A stretch of 46,643 nt of DNA, the filler included, from Jimgerdemannia flammicorona (lineage: Eukaryota): assembly GCA_003990765.1 (NCBI GenBank). It is 2 parts of 2 records of this genome, joined end to end, with 100 filler letters (N's around TTAATTAATTAA, not from the genome) between each part and the next. Parts side by side here need not be neighbours in the genome. Positions count along the whole stretch, not along the records: positions 1 to 23,275 come from RBNJ01001126.1; 1 more part is not named here. One strand, 5' to 3'. Both the position numbers and the translations under genes were made by a program. Below are positions 1 to 8,761 of the stretch, one piece after another; within the stretch, counting starts at the first letter, position 1, and each line of letters opens with the position of its first letter. The notes below the pieces were generated by a model. That model did no database searches. It saw nothing but the letters and a program-made list of their open reading frames with translations, and had not been told where the DNA came from.

Positions 1-577
1 AAAAAAAAAAGGATTCCAAACGTTTCCGTCGACCAACGTGAATTGAAATTCTCGCCATCTTCATCGAGTGAACTTTACTCTCATGAATCGCTGATTTCAG
101 CCGGGACATCATTCTCTCTCCTTATTTCAGACACACCATCACCCCGGAAGCCATACAATGGGGTGTTCAGTCGCTAACAATTGAGGAGCCCATGCCCTTG
201 AATAAGGGGAAAGCACGAAAAAGGCCAGCATGTGCATGTGGGCGTCCGTTCGATCCAGCGTCCGCGCACGACACACAAAAATATCGTCCGCCGCGTGGAT
301 CTCCGTGTACCAGGAATATCTGGTTTTCCAAAGATATGCCAACGACCAGAATTTGAGGCATAAGCAAAAATAAAATAAAATAAAATAAATAAAAACGCTA
401 AAGTGATCCGGAGAGTCGAGGACAATCATGCAATTTATTTGTTTGACACTAAACATAGTTGTGACTATGACTGATACAGATTCGTATACAAATGTTGACG
501 TAAGGAACTAATTCTCAAGATACACCTAATTATCGGCCTTCAGGAAAAGAAGACGGAACTCAATTGTCCAGAACCAA

Positions 578-2050
578 TTACGCCGTATGAGGTCTAATTT
601 TATATTTTGTATCGTACCCAACACTAACAGCTGGGTAAATCGTATCGGGAAGATTGGTCCACGCGACGCCGTATTTCTGTCTATTGATCGAGAGGGAGCA
701 ACTACGATCAATCATATTCAGATGGAAGGTGACTACATCTCCGCTTCGAAGATTTCTTCCGTATGACGAATTGATGCAGGTTCTGCCGACGTGAAGGCTG
801 CCATAGCTACAACCATTTACTTTCGCTTGGAAAGACCACGATGTGCCCGAAGCGGAAAGCACTCCTTTAAAACCACTAAAGGCTGTCCCAATAATTCCCA
901 TCTCAAGAGTTTGGGAGCCAGTCGATACAATAACAACATCCCACTCGCATAATTCCATATTCGCCGCCGTGATAGGGGTGGAGATTCTGACCGTGCGAAA
1001 AGCATGAAACAAGGGTGCAACAACCGTATCGCCCTCAGTAATTTCCAGACCAGTCCCAATTTCCGACTGATCCCACTGGAAACAAAACAGTCTTGGCTTC
1101 CCACGGAATCCGGACCGATGGTTGCTGGAACATCTGGTACCGGCGCAGGCGTGGTGCCATAGAGCCCTTTGATGAGGCAAGTCATCCGTGAGCGCGTCAA
1201 TGGTCCCTATGAGGAGCCTCAAACGGTGCGGACACACGAGCACCAAGTCGATGTGTTGCACCATCCTCAGTAGCGGGGCGCGTGATACTGAGTGCGGCTC
1301 GTCGGGGAAGTATATTTTGGCTTTTTGGCGGGGCTCTTCGTACGGCTCCCGTATATATTCAAGACGTCGTAGATGCATGTGCCGCTCAGAGTGGCCTGGT
1401 GCGTACTGGCTGCGGGACCAGGCCCAGTCGACGACGCACACTAAAAGGGTGTGCTCCGGGGTTTCGAAATATTTGGTCAAATTGGAGCGAGTACGCGTGA
1501 GCAGCAGTTCGAGTGCGTTTTCGCAAAGGTCGTTTAAGTCCCCCAAGCCAAGGTTGCGTTCGTAAAATGGGGCGAGGAGAACGTCGAACACCTCCATATT
1601 TTGTTCGTCAGGTTCCATATCGACAATGCAATTGTTAAGCAGCGACGAAGCAACACGCACGTCATGGATGTCCTTGACATGCTCCAAAACCATCCCCATG
1701 AGCCTCGGAAGGCAGAAAAATCTGGCAGCGTCGTATACCTTCATGATCAAATCAGGTGGAAGTTGAGCTTCGATGGCTTCGGTGTGCATGTAATGGATGA
1801 CGACCTTGAGCGCGTTCGACCTGATATTTTTGAGAATGATTTCTTCGTATGGGCCTTTCGAGGATGGGCAAGTGCCAAAGAGCATCTTCATAAAAACTGT
1901 GGACCTCGCGGCAAGGAAGGTACTGCAAGCCCTGATCTTGACGCTGTCGGCGCAAATAATAGTAACATCGTGGAGAGTGGTGTTGTTAAGAAGTAGTATG
2001 AGATCGGTTTTTAGGTCATGTCCACTCGTAGGTTTAGAGGGATTCGACAT
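578..2050 (-). CDS. BTB/POZ (+BACK-like) - SPRY/B30.2 domain protein, 490 aa, intronless
   Basis: N-terminal BTB signature (LHDVTIICADSVKIRACSTFLAARSTVFMKMLFG...LKVVIHYMHT...VYDAARFFCLPRL). C-terminal SPRY-type motifs (FQWD...CEWDVVI...MGII...GDVVTFHLNMIDRSCSLSIN...LPDTIYPAVSV). Long uninterrupted ORF in CpG-rich DNA. Confidence 0.85.
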   Translation of the reverse strand: MSNPSKPTSGHDLKTDLILLLNNTTLHDVTIICADSVKIRACSTFLAARSTVFMKMLFGTCPSSKGPYEEIILKNIRSNALKVVIHYMHTEAIEAQLPPDLIMKVYDAARFFCLPRLMGMVLEHVKDIHDVRVASSLLNNCIVDMEPDEQNMEVFDVLLAPFYERNLGLGDLNDLCENALELLLTRTRSNLTKYFETPEHTLLVCVVDWAWSRSQYAPGHSERHMHLRRLEYIREPYEEPRQKAKIYFPDEPHSVSRAPLLRMVQHIDLVLVCPHRLRLLIGTIDALTDDLPHQRALWHHACAGTRCSSNHRSGFRGKPRLFCFQWDQSEIGTGLEITEGDTVVAPLFHAFRTVRISTPITAANMELCEWDVVIVSTGSQTLEMGIIGTAFSGFKGVLSASGTSWSFQAKVNGCSYGSLHVGRTCINSSYGRNLRSGDVVTFHLNMIDRSCSLSINRQKYGVAWTNLPDTIYPAVSVGYDTKYKIRPHTA

Positions 2051-2270
2051 AGTGTCTGCAGGGGAGGCGGAAGGTGAAAGAAGAGTCTCGATGTGTGGCT
2101 GTATATTGGGCTCGTCAATTAAATATTTGCATGGGGCCTAGAATCCGTTCGTGATGTTGTTTTCATAAATGCGCCCATATCATATGTCCTTGAGATAAAC
2201 CACTGATAAATTGAGCCGAGGTGCATCACTCGGGCAGTGACCCGTACGCTTCTCGTTATGGATAGCCGAA

Positions 2271-2326
2271 GCTCTCCACAGGGCAAACAAGTTCAAGTGC
2301 TCTCCACAGGGCGAACAAGTTCAAGT
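2271..2326. repeat. 28-bp tandem duplication upstream of the BTB-SPRY gene
   Basis: gctctccacagggcaaacaagttcaagt followed directly by gctctccacagggcgaacaagttcaagt (1 mismatch). Confidence 0.9.
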
Positions 2327-4358
2327 TCACTTTTGACGGAATGGGAGTGAGTCGGTACACAAGCAACCGTTTGCCTATTGATGAGCATCTCATCCATGCC
2401 CATCATTTTTGTCATCAAGCTCGATAGGTTTATCTGTGATGGTTGATTGTGTGTGCAGATCCTCTCGGTTAGTGGCGCGAAAGTTCAGATGACCTCGCAA
2501 GTTCTCCGTCATTACGTGTACAAAAATGTTCGAAATCGCGACCGGCATTGATATTAGCTTAGCTGGTAAGATTATCTATCGGATATTGTCTTCTACCATT
2601 TTTTAATTCAGCCCCACAGTGGCCCGGAAATCGAGAGAATTTTTAGACGTCATCTTATGTTCTACCCATGGGATCAGGCCGAACGTGCGCCATGGTAGAG
2701 GCCAAACTTGATACAGCAGTAACTGCTAAAATTCAGGTGGTAAAGAAATGTCAACATATGTAGAATGGGGAAAGGAGATCGAGTAGGTTGTTGCGATGAC
2801 CTAACCTTTTTATTATATTCTCAAGAAAGAAGTACACCTATCTTCGCTAAAACCCATTCCGACTTCCATCAATCTCTATCCCTATTCGCACCCGCATTCC
2901 CCACCCTCTGTCTCAATGACCACCCTTTCCTGAACTTCATCCCTTCCCTGTCTCCGTTTCTTTTCCGTTATCAGCCCTGCATGCCCCTTGCGGACATCTA
3001 ATTTGTATAATCACGCACTTGAGCCGGTGTGTCATTATACTATTAATGTGGATCTCGGTGTGATGAGTGTGACGCGTACTTCCGCATGTGTGGTTATGGC
3101 CTTCTGTTAGTCGCAGAAGGTGCACTATGATTCGAGCTTAAGGGTTGCTAGGTCCGGTGAGTGGGAGAAAAAACGATTACGACTGGGGATGCAAAAATTT
3201 ACCGTGTTTTATCAGCGTCAATAAACTACCTTTGTTTTTGACCGCAAAGAATAAATATATTTATATATTTAGAGTTACGAACATAGTTCAAACTTCGGCA
3301 AAGTGGCCGGAGCCCCTACAAACCTCCGTCATGCAATCATGCAGTGTTGGAACTTAGTCAGTTTGAGCTTAGTCCGCCGCACTATCTCTTTTATGCAATC
3401 TTAGCTTAGTGTCAGTTCTCCTGCGTTAGGTTCAGAAAGACGCCAGCTCTAAGCGGCAAGCAGTTAGCAACGTCACAGTACGCATTATACGTAGTATCTC
3501 CACTCCCATCTTAACAACCAAGCGCGTAGACTACGAGTAACTTAGTTCCTGCAATCAGTTTGCGCAACCCCTCCCGCCCTTCCCTCAGGGTTAGGAACAA
3601 CAAAAGAAAGGGCCGCTTCGTTTTACGTGAATGGCGGGCCTGGGAAGCACATGCTTCCATATTCACCAAACCCATCGACCCAGCTTACATCAGAACACCG
3701 ATTTAGCATAACTCACCCTACGTACATTTTTCCCTTTCCCACCCACGCGAAGGACGCTTTGATATATTTAACATGAATTTCTTGGTTGTGCATTGTATTT
3801 ATCAATACCAAACTTCACGGGAATTGACATTAGTTTTGATGAATTTTATTCCTGGATGAAGGATCTACAATTCCGGGACTACATTCTAAGAGCGGAATGT
3901 CTTCACTGAACATTTGGCGAGCACAATGATCGACTTATTTTAAAGAGATTTATTCCGATCACATGTCAATTGGAAAAGACAGCAAGAATTTGTCGCGCAA
4001 GTTTAGTTTCCGCATCCACGCCCATGGCTCAGCTTATATATAGCTCATCGCTTACGCGTTCCGCTCATCCCCACCATCCTCCCATGTTTAACTGTATGTG
4101 GGATATGCCTCTCTCGTCTTCAAGGATTGGCCTTCGCGCTTTCGCGAGCGCGAAAACATCCAATGCATACCCTTTTGGAAAAATACAAGATATAGACACG
4201 CGTCGAGAAGAGGCGCCGGGCTGCGTTCATATATTGATAGGAAGATAATTACATATGATAAAAAAAATTGTAGTCATTTTTATATAGGCTTTACAACTGC
4301 CACGACGTACATGAATACTCGAGCGGGATATTTAACGACAAAACAATGCCGAATGAAA

Positions 4359-6236
4359 TCAAGACGTATCGCACAGAGTCAATGTCCCGTAGTCATGTTT
4401 TGAAGTCGTCGTGCAACCGGGATATTGCGAGGTTCCACAAGGCGATTTGCAGACCTTACATATTTCCATACACCCAAGCGACCCTACCGAACATCCGCAG
4501 GCATGGAGTGCGACACAACCTTCGACACCGCGGTCACCATCACAGCAATTGTAGACCTCCCTACATCCGTTGCTATCACCCACGTCCTTTCCACAGCAAC
4601 CATATTTGCGCTGGCAGGGCTCGGTCGCCCTGCAGCAATTATAACGAAGCTTGCAGCCGGTTCCATTCCCATTGCAACAGGAGTAGACGCAGCCAATGGA
4701 CCCGAGGTCCAAATCGCAACAGTTGTACTTATGACGGCAAGGCGTTTTGTAACTACAGCACGAGTAGCGGTACTCGCATCCGTCGTCATTTGACTTACAG
4801 CAGGCGTGAACACATCCAGGCGAATTGGGATCCGTGTTGCCACAGCAGGCCCAGATGCCTGCACATGGTCGATTTTGGAAGCAACAATCGTAATAGTCAT
4901 CACAGCCGGTGTTAGAGGAGGAGTGACAGCAGGCATATACACAGCCATCCGAAATGATGGAGCGGCCGCAGCAGGACCACTCGTAGTTCGGGTCCACTTC
5001 GTCAGCGATGACGTTGACTACATTGGGTACGACTAGCATATCAAGCCAGCTTGATGACCGTGGGATGCGCTTCCGGTAGCCGGTATGGCAGAGACCCTGA
5101 AGATGGCGGTTTCTCTTGGTGCCTTCGTGATGAGTCCGTTGGTACATCCCACTGTGCCCGCTGTTACTGGCATCGGCATGGAACCATTTCAGGTCACCAG
5201 GGTGATACGGGCTGGTGACTTGGGTGTGGACACGGGTGGGCGACGGATGGTGATAACTCCCACTCTGTGGATGGTAGCTCGAAATAACGGTGTTTTTTGC
5301 GTGGGTTCTAACCAGAGCATGCGGGTGGATAAACTTGTACTCTGAAAGGTGCATCTTTGCGACGTCGGCGTGACATTTGGAGCTTGCTAGCCGAGGGTCG
5401 GTAACCTCACCACACTTGAGGCATGTGGCATTGTGGAAGAGAATTGTGATTGGGTGTTGGTCGTGTGCTTGCATCAGTTTCTCATACGTAGGGAGTAGCT
5501 GGTGCTCCTTGTAAATTCCGGTCTCGTTAAGTACATAGCCGGGTAGCTGTCGAAGCGGCGAGCTTTCACCAAGTCGATCAAAAAGCCATAACTTTACCAC
5601 GTCTGTCTGAGGTAAGACAGTATTCGTTGAGGTCGTCCGAGGTATGACATTGTCCCGTGAGGTTGTTTCAGGTGAGCCACCTGCAGCTTCCTTAATGACC
5701 GTTACTATCTGGTCGTCCACCTCCATCCCTTTTATGACAATGATAACATTCCTCCATACATCACCTTCATTGTATCGGGCGAGGTCGCGGATGCACTCTG
5801 CCTGTCGCCCAAGCGCAGCCGTCGTGCGATCTTTGGCATTGACAAACCAGAGAATGGTGTGAATCTTTGTTATTGGCGGTATGTGCTCTCGCATGGACAC
5901 AAGGATGTCGCGTGCAATATTCTGGTCGGTGCTGGTAGGGTCAGAGTCATCGAATCCCGCAGTATCGATGTAGATGTACCGGCGATTAACACACTTGTGA
6001 GATTCCACCTCCTGAGTCGCTGAGGTGGGGCTATGACCGACGGCCGCTTCCTCCGCTCCAAAGATTCTGGCCGTGGAGGATTTGCCACCCCCGATTGCTA
6101 GCACGTATCGTACCTCGTCCACGTCTAGGAAAATATTGCCGCCGTCAGCATTGGAAAAACAATAATTTATATTTTTTAAAAAAATAAAACCGAGTTACTC
6201 ACTGGCAGTTGTATCGTTCGAACTCAAGGTGGTCAT
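4359..6236 (-). CDS. AIG1/GIMAP-like P-loop GTPase with His-repeat and Cys-repeat (putative multi-zinc) C-terminus; exons 6236-6203 and 6124-4359, 599 aa
   Basis: ATG at 6236. A phase-1 intron at 6202-6125 (GTGAGT...GCTGAC...TTTTCCTAG) joins exon 1 in frame to the 587-aa ORF. GTPase motifs: VLAIGGGKSS (shortened G1), SATQEV (G2), YIDTAGF (G3), IHTILWFV, NVIIVIKG (G4-like). These are followed by CLKC, the His repeats and the [YWH]xCC..[GP]C repeats. Confidence 0.85.
6125..6202 (-). other. 78-nt spliceosomal intron of the intact GTPase gene
   Basis: GTGAGT donor, GCTGAC branch-like site and TTTTCCTAG acceptor. Removing it restores the reading frame. Same phase as the intron in the paralog. Confidence 0.8.
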
Positions 6237-6915
6237 TTTCCTAGGAGCGCTAGGACAACTGGGGTTTCCCCGAGTTATAGATATTTCATTGTACTACAAA
6301 TTTTTGGCTCCTTAGAAACCGGTTTCAAAATACGACACACAAACAGGGGGAAAACGGCTTCATCAAACAAAGGGTCGGCAGCACAAACCGTTTGGATTCA
6401 CAAACATGGCGCGGCGATCTACAGATAATCTCATGCCGTTACGTGCCGTTTGTTCAACAACTTAATTTGGGGATGCGCCGACAACGATGAGAGTGAAGAT
6501 GTAATAGAAATACAGATAGACCAGCGTCGATGCAGAGCAAATAACAATGGGAAATGCAAGATTTAATCGCCACATAATACGCAGTCGGCAGCTGGTCCCG
6601 TCCACGAATTTTCAGGGTAGAATCTGGAACCCCCATCTATTCCTGAGCTCTGTATGCGACACATTTCTTTGTTCGTAATTGTCTTACGAAAAGTTCCCTC
6701 ATTACGGAATAATCGGGGTGGAGATTTTTCGCTAGGAGGGCCATATGTCCGTCGATCGGTCGTGGTACGTATATCCTGGCACACAACCTTTTTCCATATT
6801 ATTTCAAGAGAAAATTTGTTGTGAGAAAGAAAACCTCGCCCACTCATATATATATATATACATATAAAACCTCCAAATATAACGTCTATTTTGATGACAC
6901 ACAAAGATTAGAAAC

Positions 6916-6918
<3 letters not shown>

Positions 6919-6961
<43 letters not shown>
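6919..6961. repeat. poly(T) tract of about 43 nt between the divergent GTPase paralogs
   Basis: Homopolymer seen directly. Confidence 0.95.
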
Positions 6962-6963
<2 letters not shown>

Positions 6964-7437
6964 ATGCTGATGAATAAGATAAAAGTTTCCCACCCGACTT
7001 CTTGCTCTTGGAGTGGACAAAGCATCGGTGACGGTAATTTCCATATTGTGAATTCTTGATTCACACAATCTGTTGTTCACGTCGGGCGGGAAAATGAAAC
7101 CGTTCTTCTGATTGAATTAAGCGTCGCGTGGGCTGCCAGACGGCTCCTCTTTGTGTGTTTGTCAGGCAACATGTAGTCTTAATCAAAATTTCGGGAGTTT
7201 CTTTTTGAGCTAGGTCCCGGGCTTCGGTCCCTTGCATCGCAATTAAGGGATTTGTTTCAGACTACACGTTAATTTGCATCATTCATTTTTTGGGGCCAAA
7301 AACGAGAAAATACAAGTTGTATTTCTTTCTCTAAGCAAGCGATAAAACTACGAAGATGAAGTGAATTTACTTTAAAACTGGCCTTCCGAGTTTTTTTCAC
7401 CCTTCGACGTTGACCAACCATCTCAATTTAACTTGTA

Positions 7438-8737
7438 ATGACTGCATCGGGCGACGATGGTGAGTTCGCCCAAAATTCTAGGGTGTTGTATTTCCAATGT
7501 TACCTTCACCTAATATTTCCAAAACCGCAGAAGGAACCGATTGGAAATGTGTGATCGCCGTCGGCGACAGTGGCAACGGCAAGAACTTCACAGCAACAGC
7601 CTTCGGAGCCGCTGCCGAAGTAGGCCATGGACCGGGTTAAATGACCGAGACGGTGAAGATCTACCGATGTGCTTGCAACCACTTCATCTTCCTCGATACC
7701 CCTGGCTTCAACGATTCCAACCCAGACAAGGTGGACCAGGATACGGCGCGGAACATTCTGGCCACGATGCGAGACGCCGAACCACGCATCGAGTGGGTGC
7801 ACACTATCCTTGGGTTCGTCGATGGCGCGGATCGTGCCAAGGCTACATTGCAGCGGCAGGCCGCTTTCATCAGCGACCTTGCCTTGTTACCTTGTATTAT
7901 GGAGGGAACAACGTCACCATCGTCACCAAGGGCCTGGAGATCGACGAACAAAGCGTCAACGCAATCGAAGCCGCCTGCTTTCTTGGCGACAAAATTACTT
8001 GCTCACTATCTTCTCGCCAACGTGGGAATTTTCAAAGTTCATTTGTACGATCGCTTCCCAGAGACGTCGGTGTACCACGACCTCAATCCCGACGGTCGGG
8101 TCAAATATGGGACTTACACAAAAGAGGAGCTGCTCCCCAAGTACATCGAGTTGATGCAAGGACATGAATAGCACCAGATCAAGGTCATTTTCCATGACGC
8201 GAAGTGCCTCAAGTGCGGCGAAGAGACAGACCCAGGATCGCGAGTTCCAGCTGTCACGTCAAAAGTGTCATGGCGCACGAACCAGGCTTCATTCAGGTCC
8301 ACTCGAAAGACACACAATAAAAACGACTCCATCGTGCCTTATCACCCGAAATCAACAAGGAAAGCTACCACCTCTCGATGCGATGGTCCATCGAGTTCCG
8401 AATCCTCGTAAGGGGCATGATCCGAATGGGGTAATTACGCAACGCCATACGTCCAACCAACGCGTTCACAGCAGCGGGTTCGTCAAGGAGCACAGCAACG
8501 CATTCCAAAAGTTCTGCCAACACGCAGACGTTGAGATTCACCCAGGACATTTGGCAATGGTTCCGCATTATGGCCTCTGGAATATTGCATTAGTACCTGC
8601 ATTTGGTGTCCACCATAGCAGACGCGATTGATACTCGTTATAAGTGGAGTTGCTGTGGCAAATCTAGTGGCACCGGAGGGTGCGTCTATGGGTGCTGCAT
8701 GCGCCAAGGTCTTGGATGCCAGGAGCTTTACTCATGT
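7438..8737 (+). pseudogene. Pseudogenised paralog of the His/Cys-ladder GTPase, truncated by transposon insertion
   Basis: ATG at 7438 and a phase-1 intron at 7460-7530 (GTGAGT...CCTAAT...CAG). Motifs VIAVGDSGNGKN, FLDTPGF, VHTILGFV, CLKCGEETDP, His repeats and KWSCCGKSSGTGGC-VYGCCMRQGLGC-QELYSC are collinear with the intact gene. In-frame stops at 7638 (TAA) and 8169 (TAG) plus several frameshifts. Homology ends abruptly at about 8737. Confidence 0.88.
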
Positions 8738-8761
8738 AAAGGCGGTCCGTACTCCGGATAG

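Noticed and set aside
2228..2240. 13-bp match ACTCGGGCAGTGA shared with about 37526-37538
   Set aside because: Matches of this length are expected by chance in 46 kb, and the flanks are unrelated.
3350..3600. Recurring CTTAG words and a single GGGTTAGG
   Set aside because: No regular period and no telomeric array; no RNA gene fold recognised.
4346..4948. Overlapping ORFs of 122-189 aa over the GTPase tail
   Set aside because: Shadow frames of the repetitive Cys-rich coding sequence; no independent motifs.
6804..7080. Poly-lysine ORFs and a possible retroposon tail at the T43 tract
   Set aside because: The ORFs are homopolymer artefacts, and I found no flanking TSD to support a retroposed insert.
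7638..8171. Stop-codon readthrough or an alternative genetic code in the GTPase paralog and TEs
   Set aside because: The stops are of all three types and co-occur with frameshifts, while intact genes use the standard code; this fits mutational decay.
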